Source: Octopus bimaculoides (Eukaryota). From it: DNA of 64,000 nt. A program made the translations under genes and the position numbers. The stretch spans positions 1,454,283-1,518,282 of the forward strand of contig NC_068991.1 of the NCBI RefSeq assembly GCF_001194135.2, in the 5' to 3' direction. Of the stretch, positions 48,891 to 63,056 are shown piece by piece. The notes below the pieces were generated by a model that was not told the DNA's origin, did not search any database, and saw only the letters and a list, made by a program, of their open reading frames with translations. The stretch's first letter is position 1; every line of letters begins with the position of its first letter.

Positions 48891-49212
48891 GCTATTTCGT
48901 TGTTGCTCGCAGCCCTTTCGGGGACCCGCGATTGCCAGAGGAGAGCCCTTGGAACGAGTTGGTGATCACGTGTCGCTGAAAAAGCAACGAAAGAACTTTG
49001 ACGGACAAACAACTGGTTGATTGTTTAACCAACAAGTTACACAAACGATCGATTACTCAGTTGATTCGATATTTAACCAATTGATTAATGATAAAACAGA
49101 AGTGGAATTGAACCTGTTCGTATGTAATCATTATTGACGTAACGACTCTCCCAAGACACAACAAAATTTGTTTCACATCACAAATCTTACAGTCCAAATA
49201 AAAAAACGAAAT

Positions 49213-49220
49213 ATACATAC

Positions 49221-49257
<37 letters not shown>

Positions 49258-49514
49258 AAAATAGAGAGAGAGAGAGAGANNNNNNNNNNNNNNNNNNNNN
49301 NNNNNNNNNNNNNNNNNNNNNNNNNNNNNNNNNNNNNNNNNNNNNNNNNNNNNNNNNNNNNNNNNNNNNNNNNNNNNNNNNNNNNNNNNNNNNNNNNNNN
49401 NNNNNNNNNNNNNNNNNNNNNNNNNNNNNNNNNNNNNNNNNNATAGAGAGAGAGAGAGAAATAGAGAGAGAGAGAGAAATAGAGAGAGAGAGAGAGATAG
49501 AGAGAGAGAGAGAA

Positions 49515-49555
<41 letters not shown>

Positions 49556-49575
49556 GAGAGAGAGAAATAGAGAAA
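49213..49575. repeat. (AG)n / AGAGAGAAAT compound microsatellite spanning a gap
   Basis: Read directly from the sequence. Confidence 0.9.
49280..49442. other. Assembly gap within (AG)n
   Basis: N run. Confidence 0.99.
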
Positions 49576-50369
49576 TAAATATGAAAATCTTTAGATTTTG
49601 GTTTAATTAAAATCCTTGGAGGAGAAAAACTCGATTGAAACTTAGCCACGATGCTGAATTCAATTGGTTAATCATTAATTAACTCGATTTACGCCTATAA
49701 GATTGATATACAAACATAAATATATACTTGTATAGACACATGCACATACACACACATAAGTTTATCGGTATGTATTTAAATGGGTTTTTTTTTCCCTGAG
49801 TGCCATATGGGTTTTAATAATATACATTGATTTTTTAATTATTCACATTTTTATTGAAAACTAATTATTTACTAATTTTTGAAAACTATATTTTCCTGCT
49901 ATGGCATCGGGAAAATTATTCAAAAGATAGTTCGATTTTTTTTGGATGGGTGAGGTCAATGTATAATTATCTTTTCAATGTAAAATAATTAGGATTGGTT
50001 TTAAATTTTGTATATCAGCAACATTTAGTTATTATTTCAAAAGTGGCGAAATATTTAATCAAATTTACTTTGAAGAATTCATTTGTTCCGAAAAATGATT
50101 TTAAATTTTAGAACATTTATCGAGAATTTTGGTGAGTGAGTGAGTGCGAGAAAGAATATTTAGCTATTGAATTGACACCAGCCGCTGATTGATAATTATT
50201 TTATCGATTTCATTAATGGAGGTATGGACTGCAACGTCGTTTTCGGTAGATTTGAGGACCTGTCAGTGAAGTGAGAACGAAAGCCAAGCCGTTATATTTC
50301 AAATATTATCAGAAACAATAATAATAATGGTGTCAAACTGCGGCCCAGAGCCAGCAGTTCATGAAAGGA

Positions 50370-50545
50370 GGGAAATTTGATTGCATCGACCCCTAGTGCG
50401 TGACTGATACTTATTTTATCGACCCCACCCCAAAGGATGAAAGGCAATGTCGACGTTGGGAGAGATTGAACTTAGAAGGTAAAACCGGTAGAAATGCTGT
50501 GAATCACTTCGTCCGGCATGCTAACATTTCAGCCAGCTCACCACC
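50370..50545 (-). mobile_element. SINE family B
   Basis: GATTGCATCGACCC...GGATGAAAGGCAATGTCGAC...GCCAGCTCACCACCT. Confidence 0.72.
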
Positions 50546-50564
50546 TGAGTGATAATAATGATAT

Positions 50565-50600
<36 letters not shown>

Positions 50601-51412
50601 CCTAAATAATAAGCATAATTATAATTTCTCTACTGGTCACAAGGCACTATACTCAAGATACGCACGTGATACAGCAATGGGTTACGAATGCTGTCGAGAA
50701 TGTGAGCACACACACACACACACACACATCTCTACATACATACAGCTGCAAAAAACAAGTGTAAGCACATACACACACTGACACACAAACAAACATTATA
50801 AATGCCCTCAGATTGTCACATTTGGGGAGAAATGTAAATGAATTCTGTGTAAATGGGGAATTACTTAAAGTTAAGACAAAACATAGACATCAAGCGGGAG
50901 GAAGTGATGACAGCTGTACAACCGTTAGTGACCGTGAAAGGCTGTTTGTGAAGAAATGAATTAAGGATGTGGAATGTTTTATGCACGAAAAGCTGAAAGA
51001 ATAATAGATTTGATTATAAAAGTGGGCGTCCGGAGAAATAGAGCATCGTTTGCGAAGTGGGAAGATGATCGGCTTAAATTCTCTGCGAATGCTGTTCGGA
51101 ATCATTTCTCAATAGATGTTGAATAATGGGTTTTAGGAGAAACGATATGGTTGCTCTTTGTGGGATTATTATTTCCCAAATAGCGTTTAAGTCCAGAAGG
51201 AATGCATCATTTATGATAAGGTTTATTTGAATTATCCTGTATTGAACAAATATATGAAACCAAAGAATATTGTTTGACCCTGGTTTAAAAAAAACTCTGA
51301 TGGCAAACCGACTTCAGTTTTTGAGTTGCCATTGGTACTTACTAAAGATTAGTACAAAACACCCTCAGTCCATGCATCTTGATTTTAGAGTTTAGTAGTT
51401 CTTATGATTAGG

Positions 51413-51449
<37 letters not shown>

Positions 51450-51462
51450 CCTGTATCTACCA

Positions 51463-51660
51463 CTTGTTTCAGTCATTGGACTGCGGTCATGGTGGGGCGT
51501 CGTCTGTAAGATTCATTTTTTTTTGTCGTTTGAATCGGCCCAGTTACTTTTTAATAATGGTATTTATTCTATTGGTCTCTCTTTCCGAACTACTAGGTCA
51601 CGGGCACGTAAACACTAATACTAGTTATCAAGTGCTGGTGGTGGACAAACACAGACACAA
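51463..51660 (-). mobile_element. SINE family A, 3' half
   Basis: TTGTTTCAGTCATTGGACTGCGGTCATG...CACGTAAACAC...GGACAAACACAGAC. Confidence 0.75.
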
Positions 51661-51910
51661 AAAACCTACCCCATGTTTGTGTGTGCATGTATATGTGTGT
51701 GAGCGTGTGTGCATATGTTATTGACTGAAATTAAACTCTGAATATTTTACTGCTATAAAAAATGTGGCAAGCATTTCCATCTCCCAGTGCTTCTTTCACA
51801 GATACTTCGTCAGTCATAAAGTCCCACGCAGTTATGTTATTCTGCCAGTGTGTAATATAGCAAAGCATTTCGCTTCAATTCATGACTGCAGTTAACCACA
51901 AAGATATGCA

Positions 51911-51959
<49 letters not shown>

Positions 51960-53333
51960 GCTTGTTTAGCTATGTGTGATTCTAATCGTTTCAACACTAA
52001 ATACGACTCCACCAAAGTATATTTTGTATACAAGTTATTACGCAAGAACTGAAATTTCTGCTTCTCTGTTACTTAATATGTTTATGAGCCATGCCGTGAG
52101 ATTCTTTGGCCCATCCTAAGGCAGTGCCTTCTCAACCGTGTGTACTTAGGTTGAGCTAATTATTTTTCATGTGTTCTTTTTTAAGTAAATTGTATCTCAC
52201 TGAAATTGTGCTTTGTATATTTATTCGGCTTAAATCAATTTTTAATACGCTCTTTACCACCTCCTTATTTTATATATCATTGTCTTGTTTATCCCCAGAT
52301 AAACAAGTATTTACAAGTATTTACAGCCTTCATTCGGACCTTTGTCATCAGTAACTTCCTCACCCACCTCATATACTTCTCAATTTTTTTTCTTTCATTT
52401 CTATAGATAGTATTCTGTCAATTTTTAATACTCCGAGACAAACTTCTTCCTTAAATTACAGTTACCCTCCTTATAAGTTCCTTATATTTATTTAATTTTG
52501 CAAATAATTTTCCAGAAACGTTGAATTCTGCTGGGATTGACATATCTGTGGTCAGACATACTAAAATCTCAAAGAACGGTGATGCTTTTAGTTTCTACTG
52601 TTTAGCAGGTTCATGAGCAGCAGCAGCAGTAGTATCATCATTATCTTCATTATGGACATCTTAGTTTTAACAGTTCATACTCCACCGCCAGGGGCGCCCG
52701 CCTCTCTCTTCCTGAAGTATATGAAGCATCACCTTTCACACGTGTGGGAAGGTGCTTGTATGCCACACCTGTTATTCTGTGAGACTTGTTGGTTTTGGCA
52801 TTAATTTCTTTTCCGCTAACAAAGAATATGTGAATGGGTTCTGGGTGGTGTTTGCGGTGAATCTTGGCAAACTTGTAAACAAATATTGGAGATTAGCAAA
52901 TAATGTGTGAAAATGACTTAACATTGTGTACAGACTTTAATACTGCTATTACCTAAGACGTGCCGATGTATATTCTGAGCGATAATCTATCAGTTGTTTT
53001 CATATCATCTTCATATAACATGATTTGAGATTTACATGTGATGCCTTTCTTATTTTAAAGAGAATCAGTTACATCTTGGAAACTCGCATAAATATTCCAG
53101 AATCTGGTTTTTGGAACGTGTCTCTATCTATACATCTACGTAATTTGTAGATGTCTTTGCAAAAGACATTGGTATCATTCCAATTGTACTGGTTATACAT
53201 AAGATAATAAACGTAATTCTTAAACACGTTGATGTCTTTTAATTAAGAGATTAGTGACTGTAATCCGTTTTCAACTCACTTCTGCGTAACATTGTTATTT
53301 TAGTAATACTATCTTTGTTCTTTATCTTTTGCC

Positions 53334-53733
53334 TGTTTCAGTCATTAAAGTATGGCCATGCTGGGGCACCGCCTTCAAGAAATCTTAGTTGAATGAATCA
53401 ACGCCAGTATGTTTTTATTTAAGCCTGGAATTTATAATATCGGTTCTCTTGTCGAATTGTTAAGTTACGAGAAGATAAAGACGCCAACACAGGTTGTGAA
53501 TCAGTGGTGGAGGACAAACACAGTCACTTGGAAAACACACACACAGAGATAGATAGATAGATAGATCTACGCGACGGGTTTCTTTCAGTTTCTGTCTACC
53601 AAATCCCCTCACAAGGCTTTGGTCGGTCCGATGCTATGGCTGAAGACCTGCCCAACGTGCCACACAATAGAACTGAACTCGGAAATATGTGGATGGGAAG
53701 TAAGATTCTTACCACATAGCCATGCATGCGCCT
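53334..53733 (-). mobile_element. Full-length diverged SINE, family A
   Basis: Same tail, body and head order as 48305-48675. Confidence 0.8.
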
Positions 53734-55410
53734 TTGGTAATTATTAGTTCACAATCATGTTTGTTGATGCAGACGTGGCATAGGCGAATGGCTCCAGATT
53801 CGATCCCATTGTATGGTATCCTGGTTAAGTTTTACCACGGCCTCTGGCCGCACAAAACTTTGTGAATGAAAGTGGATACATTGAAATAGCGTAGATGTCA
53901 ATCGTATTGACAGTTTCTCACACTGTGTCATGTTGATGAGACTTGATTATCAAGTTTAAGTTACACGTGTCATTGGAATTGTTCAGCCGAGAAAATGGTA
54001 ATTCAACTTGAAGGTCTTTTTGGTTAACCGAACGACTGAACACACATCGTCCACACTAACAGAGATCCGTTCACTATTGTTTTTTCTGTCATTAAAATGA
54101 CATCAGTTTTATTCTGTGATATCTCAGGAAATGTCTTTGATACTGAAAATTTATATCTTTTAAAAAATAACTAATAATTATTATTCGCCAATATTTTGCA
54201 ACATTTGGGTACTCGATTATTTTTAACGGTCATTTTGGGATCAGTAAAATAACGTATCGATCAATTACTGCTATTTATTTAATCAAATATTTTTTGATAC
54301 AATACCTTTCCTTGTGACAATATTAGAAATCGTATTTAATATTGGGGTATTAGTGGAATCGATAGTGTATCGAATTAAAAACATGTTGATTTGCTGGACA
54401 CATTTCAAGGGAAATTGACAACTGTCCATCTAAGCAAGCCTTCCTTCTCCACTGAAATAGCCACTGAATTTGACCAAGGCAACTTAGCACCAGTGTCATC
54501 CCTTGCATTGCTGTTAAAAGATTCGCAGCAGATACCACAACGGGTCCTCTGACAATTCCATCAATCAATCATCCAAGATTTGTATTTTTGTATCGAACGC
54601 GAAATGATGAAAAGTAAAATTGAGCTAAGTGGGATTTGAACTCGGAGTGAGAAATTCCAAAGTAAATACCTCGATACATTCTACCCAATGTTGAAACGGT
54701 TTCATGAATTCGCATTTAAAGTAAGTAGAAATCTATAGAAGCGAAAAAAAAAGATATCAGCTATTTGCTTTCTGTCTGCTTTACAAAAGCGCTCTTTTCT
54801 TTTTTTGCAAATTAATTAAAATTTTCAAAATATTTAATAGTTGTTGATGATGATGATGATAGGGCTGTTCACGGACGTTTTAATGTTGGTTACTGTTGTC
54901 GTTGATGACGATGTTAATGACGGTGATGTTGTTACTGTTGTTTACGTCGATGATGATGATCTTGTTGTTGGCAGTAATGTTGCTGCCTTTTATGTTCTTG
55001 TAGTTGTTTAAAAAAAATGAAACCAAAATAAGAAAGAAGCTAATTTCTGTAGATATTTTCATCCAAAGACAATAATTAAGAGATAAGCAGCTGGCTATAA
55101 ATCAGTTAAATTATTGTTACTCAAGACGTCTGCGAAATAAAAATGTTTTAAATGAACCAAATAAAATATTTGCAGCTTTCCTAAATGAAACGCTATTTTC
55201 TGATGAATTAGTTTATTCATTTCTAAGTCACAATTTCTTTCTCCAATATATTAACAAAGAAAAACAGATTTAATAGAAAATGTCGTATGATGATAGTTAA
55301 AATGTTAACAACTCCTTCTGAAGAATAGACATTAATTGACATGAATATGGGTATCTATAATATATATCTATAAATGTGAGTAAGGTGTGTTTCTGTGTGT
55401 ATGTCCGCGA

Positions 55411-55468
<58 letters not shown>

Positions 55469-56344
55469 GTGTGTGTGTGTGTTTGTATATCAGTAAGTCA
55501 ACTGTTAATTTCTTAATTTGTTCTTGCAGTACATTTTTATAGTTTTACAACCTGATTGCTTTTATAACTATTTCCAGAACAAATTTATACATAAGCAATC
55601 ATACACACTCAAATTCACACACACTTATGAACGAGTGCACAATTTTCTGCACATGTAATATATACACACATGTATTTATAGTTATAATATCCACACACAC
55701 ACATTAAAAGTCTCCCGTGTGTTTAGTTTAATATTTATGAAGCTTTTGTTCTCTAATAAATATTTTTGCAATTTCTTGGTAATATTGAAGCACAAAAGTT
55801 TATTGACTTTGCCAATACTATCAGCTCGAAGTATTGGCGCTGGCATCTATTTGTACCATTTCATAGTAACGGGGTAAATAGTATTGATTCTTTGTTAGTG
55901 GTAACGTTACCACTTATTGCTCGATAAGATTGTTTCCCTAATTTATCGTCTAGCTTTCTGGAGAATATTCCATGAGTTGCATACATCGTCTATCAATTCT
56001 TTAAATGGCTTCAGTCGTAGGATTGCAGCCATGCGAGAGCACTGCCTTTATTTTCTTTCCGTTTTCCAGTAACTTTATTCGACTAAAATTTCTCCCTTTC
56101 GATGTTCAAGAGAGCTGAGACGTAGAGTTTTGCAAGTAATTTTGCAAGCGCATAGCAACTTAGCGAGAAAGTGTCGCTGTTGTTTGACAGATGTAAGAAA
56201 GTTACAAGAGTTACATCTTCCACTATTTCTCTCTCAAACAAATCATACGACATCAGCTGTTTATATTCATGGGATTTTTGCCCTGAGTTTTTTTTTTTGT
56301 GATAATGAAATTTTTGTACTACTTTTGTATTATATTGCTCTCAA

Positions 56345-56555
56345 GTTTTGGCACAAGACCAGCAATTTTAATGGAAGAAGGTAGTCGATTACAACATTAT
56401 GACAACTCTATTCCTAAACTGGTACCTATTTTATCGCCCCCGGAATGATGAAAGGCAAAGTCGACCTCGGCGGAATTTGAACTCAGTAACGAGAGACGAA
56501 AAGCCGCAAAGTATTTTGTCCAGCGTGCTAATGATTCTGCCAGCTCGCTGCCTTT
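56345..56555 (-). mobile_element. SINE family B
   Basis: GGCACAAGACCAGCAATTT...GGCAAAGTCGACCTCGGCGGAATTTGAACTCAG...CTGCCAGCTCGCTGCCTT. Confidence 0.8.
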
Positions 56556-57936
56556 TTGCAGACAATTGGATAGACATTTGTATTATTATCATTATTATTA
56601 TTATCATTTAATATAACTGATTGCAATTCATTTTATGATTGCTTTTATTATTCGAAGTCCGCTGCTGATTCATCTAAAAACACCATGCTGTGTGCTTCAT
56701 TTATTTCTGTTGTCAAATCGCGTCTGTGGTATTTTCTGCGCTCGGAATGTTTGGTTTGTTGTATGGATTGTTGTACCTGCTTATTGCCATTCTTTGCAGA
56801 GGTATTCTCATCCCTGCCCCTCTAATTTAATAGAAAAGCTATGTTTTATATTGAAAAAAAAAACATTACTCATTCCTGACATAAAAGTACAGCCCACACC
56901 AAACGAGAAAATTAATGTGCATTCAGGATCTTAGGAAATAAGTGTTGATCAACGATCTACACGACTGTGAAACTGAATTGGGATTAAGCAACAACGACAA
57001 TCACCACATCAACCATCATCATCATCATCATCATCTTCCAGCAGAACCGATTGAGGAATAATGTAAAAACGTCGTTGAATCTAGAAGTTTTACTGTGGTA
57101 AAAAAAAAAAAACTGTAAACGACTCAGAAGAAAATAGAGCACTGACGTGTGTGTATGTGTGTGCGCGCGCGCGCATATCTGTGTTTGTGTGTGCGTGCAT
57201 ATGTGTAAGCGCGTGTGTCCTGAATACTTAATTAGCAATCAACTCTAATATTAAACACTTCATATCTGATTACAATTGAAACAATGAAAACGTGAAATTA
57301 CGAAAGGCGAAAGAGAACACACATAAGATGGAACCGGAGATTCATCATTCTCTACTTTTATAGACGGCACGTTTCTGTGAGCGCCTAAGCATACATATAT
57401 AAATATATTACATACATTCATATACTACACACACAATATGTATGCATGTATGTATATACCTATGTATGTGTAAATACATACATGCATATATATATACATA
57501 CATACATACATACACACATATCTTAAAAATACATATGTATATATAAATAAATATATAGCTGTGTGTGTGTGTGTGTGTGTGCTAGTACACACACACACAC
57601 ACACAATTGTGAGCTTGTGAATTCCATCAGCTTGTACTGTTGCCACTTGGTAAACCAGCTGATGGCTGACCTTCTTGGAAATATGATATCAGAATCGTTA
57701 AAGTTCTTATTGATATTAGTAATTGACAAATTAGAAACCAATTTCTAAGTGTATTCCTTTGTCACGTAATTTCATTTAATATTATTTCCGATTCCTTGTT
57801 TGTCTTTTACATTTTCGGATGGTTTAAAGACTGACTTAAGTACGAACTATATTCAAAGTTGCAATTACAGCTTAGAATTAGTGAGGTTCGCAGTTACAGA
57901 ACTCCCAACATACGTCCCTAAGAGATGTGTTTATTC

Positions 57937-58094
57937 TTTTAGGCACAAAGCCCGAAATTTTGGGGGAAAGGTCCAGTCGATTAAATCGACCTCAGTACAC
58001 AACTGGTACGTAATTTATCGACCCCGAAATAATGCAAAAGCAAAGATGACTTCGGTGGAATTTGTACACAGAACATAAAGACAAACGAAATACC
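57937..58094 (-). mobile_element. 5'-truncated SINE family B in tandem with 58095-58327
   Basis: GGCACAAAGCCCGAAATTTT...GTCGATTAAATCGAC...GGAATTTG.ACACAGAAC...GAAATACC. Confidence 0.75.
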
Positions 58095-58327
58095 TATTTC
58101 TTTACTGCCCACAAGGGGCTATACACAGAGGGGACAAACAAGGATAGACAAACAGATTAAGTCGATTATATCGACCCCAGTGCGTAACTGGTACTTATTT
58201 AATCGACCCCGAAAGGATGAAAAGCAAAGTCGACCTCGGCGGAATTTGAACCCAGAACGTAGCGGCAGACGAAATACCGCTAAGCATTTCGCCTGGCGTG
58301 CTTAACGTATCCGCAAGTCTGCCGCCT
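58095..58327 (-). mobile_element. Full-length, little-diverged tRNA-derived SINE, family B (resembles octopus OR-type SINEs)
   Basis: GTCGATTATATCGACCCCAGTGCGTAACTGGTAC...GTCGACCTCGGCGGAATTTGAAC (B box on minus strand)...GCATTTCGCCTGGCGTGC. Confidence 0.85.
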
Positions 58328-59070
58328 AGAAAATGAATCGTTAATTTTTATTTAAATAATAACATTTTTCAAAATGTCATGAAAGCATTATGATTTCTGT
58401 TATAATTCAGCTCCTGTTCAATAGGCCCTCCATCCATGATCATCCCATCAGTCTTGTATAACAGAAATGTTATAAATTTAAGTGGGTGCGGTATAATTTG
58501 TAGGAGATTCAGATACCAATTCCTGCAGGTCTATCGGTCTGAAGTTCTTTCGTCGTCCTGTTGAAACAAAATATTTTAATACCCGTCTATATAATATATG
58601 CGTATGAGTGTGTGCTCTACACACACACACACACACACACATACGTATATAACAACACTGACTACTTTCTTTGATTTATAGAAAGTGAAAGAGTTAATCG
58701 ATGTCCATCTAGTGTCCACATTTCTCCCCGTCAATATTCATTTTTATCAACACATTAAGCGGCCGTTTGGACACAGGTTATTAATATCCAGAGGCGAACT
58801 CTATTTTGATAAAGTGGATTCCAGAGACACACTAGAACCATTCCAACTAAAACTCTGCTTTCTAATAGTTTGGTAATAGTCTACAGCCGTTTTTGTCTTC
58901 TCTTTCTCCCCCACAAATATGCACACATACATATACATGCAAAGATAGGTTTATATATATGTATGTGTGTGTGTGTGTATTTGTGTACATATGAATATCT
59001 ATACCCTCGCAGACATATATATATATCGCTTTAACTACTTACCTACCTGTCTATCTATTTATCTATCCAC

Positions 59071-59127
<57 letters not shown>

Positions 59128-59861
59128 TATAGATATATATAGATATACATATATGTATATATATACACATATAGATACACACAGACACGGAGAGAGAGAG
59201 AGAAAGAGAGATAAAGAGAGAGATAATATACAAATAGCACACATATATGTGTGTGTATTGTCTCCATTTCTTTTCTTGCCTTCTGCTAAAATGGTCATTT
59301 GAACCAGCGTTTATTTTTCTCTAATGGAAATATTCCGAACATTATATTGTCTTTGCTCTTTTATATTAATGCATTGCCTGACCACGTTATTTTATAAAAA
59401 TCATTTCCTTTCTTTCTCTCCTCAACCCCTTCCTCCCCTCCTCCTTTCCTTTCTTCTTGCTTCACACCTTTCTTCATATCCAACACACATTTTCCATTAA
59501 TCAGCCATGCTTTATTCTCTCCATCTCTCCAAGCAAGCCATCAATATCCGGCGCTGTACTCTATTATGACCAATATATATTCAGATTTTTATTGCTTATC
59601 CATCAAAGAATTTAGTCAACAGATTCTGCCCTGCTTTCAGTGTTATAATCTTTAACGATACAAATATAGCCGTTGGGTAGAAAAACATAATCAGTTATTC
59701 AGAGGACATTGAACGAATATCGCAGGGGAAGGAAAAGGACAAGAATTCAGTAACAAAAGAGGAATTAGTATGGCGGAATCCATTAGAACAGTTCTTAATA
59801 CGTCGACGGCCATTTTACCTAAGTTTTGTCGCCGATACTATGTGTATAGTGTAGCCTCTAC

Positions 59862-60066
59862 GCAGGCACATGATCTGCTAGAAACAGCAACCACGTCTCC
59901 CTTAAATCAAACTCCTAAATTTTTCTAAAATTGGTGAGAGACATATGAGATTATATATTTTGAACATAGACGGATAGGTCACATTCGGAATGTCTTATTA
60001 GGGTGTGGCTCGACCAGGATTCATCTGAATGTAAACAATAACAAAAACAACCACAGCAACAACAGC
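59862..60066 (+). mobile_element. Short retroposon with (CAA)n tail; related diverged copies near 7880-7950, 25680-25920, 28740-28915 and 35930-36125(-)
   Basis: Recurrent GATCTGCT.GAAA.AGCA.CC...CTCCC.TAAATCA...GGTCAC...(AAC)n architecture. Confidence 0.55.
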
Positions 60067-60387
60067 AGCATGCTCATTGACTAGATTAAAGCAAGATGAT
60101 GAATTATTCAGAAATAATTGATACACTGTTGTCCTATATGTAAACGCCATTTCCCATTAACGTTGAGAAATGAAGTGTTTGGAAAGTTTGCTGCTAAAAT
60201 AGCCACCACCGGGGGAAAAACCTACTTCACTCACTTTCACTGTCCATTCTGCTCTCGTAGTTTGATTGACTTTACTGAATTCTAAAACTGTTTACTTGGT
60301 GCGTGATGCTATTTTAGTGACTGCAGCAACAGCAGCAGCAGTAGTAGTAATAGTAGTTGTTGTTGATGTTATTCTTCCAAAACGTCG

Positions 60388-60530
60388 AGTTGGCGGAATG
60401 ATTAGCGCGTTGACAAAACGCTACGGTATTTGTTCCAGCTTTTTACGTTCTGAGTTCAAATTCGGCTGCCGTCATCTTTGCCGTTTACTTTTCTGATGTT
60501 GATGAATGAAAATACCAGTCAACTCCTGAC
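60388..60530 (+). mobile_element. Diverged SINE family B, 5' part
   Basis: TTGGCGGAATGATTAGCGCG...TACGTTCTGAGTTCAAATTC. Confidence 0.65.
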
Positions 60531-61715
60531 AATCATAGACAAATTGAACCAAATCTTCCTTCAGTTCCATTGTCAGAACGATCCAAATCATAATGGTGCC
60601 TAGGAAAGTTGCGTCAGTGTTAACAATATTTGAGATCCTTCCTTCACCCGGTTCCAGCAACCAGTTTCCATAGTGATCTATCCGAATGACGCAGCAAAAT
60701 CAAACAATCGAAAACTCCTATATTTGTCCGGATATGCAAAACTTTGCATTGATTTCAAATGGTAGATCATTCCGTGTATGCATCAGTTACCGAAAATTGT
60801 AAAGTTCTACGGATTACTGAGAGAAGTTTGCAAAAACCACCCTTGAGGATAAATAATTTCTTTCCAAGAAGTTGGCTACTGTTTGTTACATCTTGAAAAA
60901 ATTCAAAATTAAGAGAAAATGTTGGTGGTATGTTGGAGATTCCTCTCACATTAATTCTTGGTCTTTGCACAGAAGATGTCTCATATTAGGAGATACATGG
61001 CAGGTTGAATTAGATTTTATTGGAATGGGAACATGAATCGAGAGTGGGCAACCTGTTCGAGCCCCATTTGTCACATTACGTTATTGCTATTGATGGTAGG
61101 GGTGGTGGTGGGTGATGCAGGCGACGATGGTGGTAGTGGGTAGAAGCTGACAAACAATATTGTGCAAAAAAACAAATGGAAATTCTGGGTACATTAAGGG
61201 CATTCGATGCGGTTTAAATACTTTTCAGTGACAAATTTGTTAATCAATGTTGGAAGTGAACCAAAAGCAACAACAACAAGTATCAAAATAACAGTAATTA
61301 CAACAATAACTATAGCTACCAATCAAGAAAGATTGATGGAAAAGAACAGAAAACGAAAAGAGTTGCATAACACTGACTTTGTTCATTGAGAGAGAAATCC
61401 ACAACGAGTTGACGTAGGATATAATTATATTTCAATGCATTAGCTAAAAGCGCAAATACGTATGTATGTGTGTATGTATATATGTATGTGTGTGCGTGAG
61501 TATGTGTGACTATGTGTGAGTGTATGAGTGTGTGTGTGTGTGTGAAAGTATGCATGTATGCATGTGTTAATATATAAATACATAACACACACACACATAT
61601 GTATATCTTAATAAGCATATATATATATGTATTGATATATTTACATATATATGTGTGTGTGGCTGTGTGTGTGTATGTTTCTCTGTATATATATTTATTT
61701 ATCTATATATGTGTG

Positions 61716-61746
<31 letters not shown>

Positions 61747-62615
61747 ACACAGAGACATATATATATATGCAGACTCATGTGAGAGAGTGTGCGTATGAAT
61801 GTGCATGTGTGTATGACTACGTAAATAAATATATGCATAATAATGTGTGTACATTTATGTGTGTGTGTGTGTGTGTGCACACGACCGTTGGTGTGTGAGT
61901 GCTTGTGTGTATGAATGAATGAAAAAATTTTCTGCATAGAGAGAAAATAAATATTTGAGATATCTTTGGGATGGAAAGTAAAAGGAAATAATAAGAAAGC
62001 AAAAGAATGGTAAACGAAGTAGCTGTGAGCCAGGAGTATTTTAGTTAAGCTTTATATATTGAGAGACAGAACAACATTAGATTAATCATGAAAAACGGTG
62101 TTTGGCTAAAATAAATACTATTATTAACTTGACCCTTTCATTGTGAAGTATTGCAAAAAAAAGACGAGGTGACTTCTCTTGCTAGAAGATAACAAATTGA
62201 TGGATTTAATAACTAATGGAATTAATAAAGAAAAAGGAAGAACCGAGCATTATTAAATAAGAAGGAAAATACAAGTAGTATCTGCGAAGCGGGGGAAAAT
62301 GATAAGGAAAAACGAGAAAATCCATGCATTGACAGCGTTCACCAGCCAACACACCTAAAGTGAAGGAAAGATTCACTTCAAAACCTGTATTGATGTGTAT
62401 TTGTATGTATGTGTGTATGTATCTATGAATGTTTAGGTGTGTCTATGTGTGTGATGGACAACTGAATGTAAGGCTGTATTAGTATATGGATGTGCTTGTG
62501 TATTTATACCCCTTACTATCGCCTAATTCTCACCATATATACAAGAATATATGCCTATATATACATACACAAATATATGTTATGTATGTGTATATATATA
62601 CGTGCGTTTGTACAA

Positions 62616-62672
<57 letters not shown>

Positions 62673-62865
62673 AAATATAAACATATGTATGTATACATGT
62701 ATGGATGGATGGATATTAGATGTGTATATATATATATATGATGCGCAATTACACATGTTACCAGAAGTATACATTCAATCATAATTCCAAATCTACACCA
62801 AAGGATACAACCATTTCCACATTCCTGCATGTCCGCTGCATAATTAGGCCTTCCTTCTCTCCATC

Positions 62866-62990
62866 NNNNNNNNNNNNNNNNNNNNNNNNNNNNNNNNNNN
62901 NNNNNNNNNNNNNNNNNNNNNNNNNNNNNNNNNNNNNNNNNNNNNNNNNNNNNNNNNNNNNNNNNNNNNNNNNNNNNNNNNNNNNNNNNN
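62866..62990. other. Assembly gap before (GT)n
   Basis: N run. Confidence 0.99.

Positions 62991-63056
<66 letters not shown>

Noticed and set aside
50330-50350. hAT/Charlie-like TIR words (also near 52125 and 61045)
   Set aside because: No matching partner TIR or 8-bp target-site duplication found.
50870-51300. Coding-like purine-rich stretch
   Set aside because: Many stops in the frames read and no recognisable domain.
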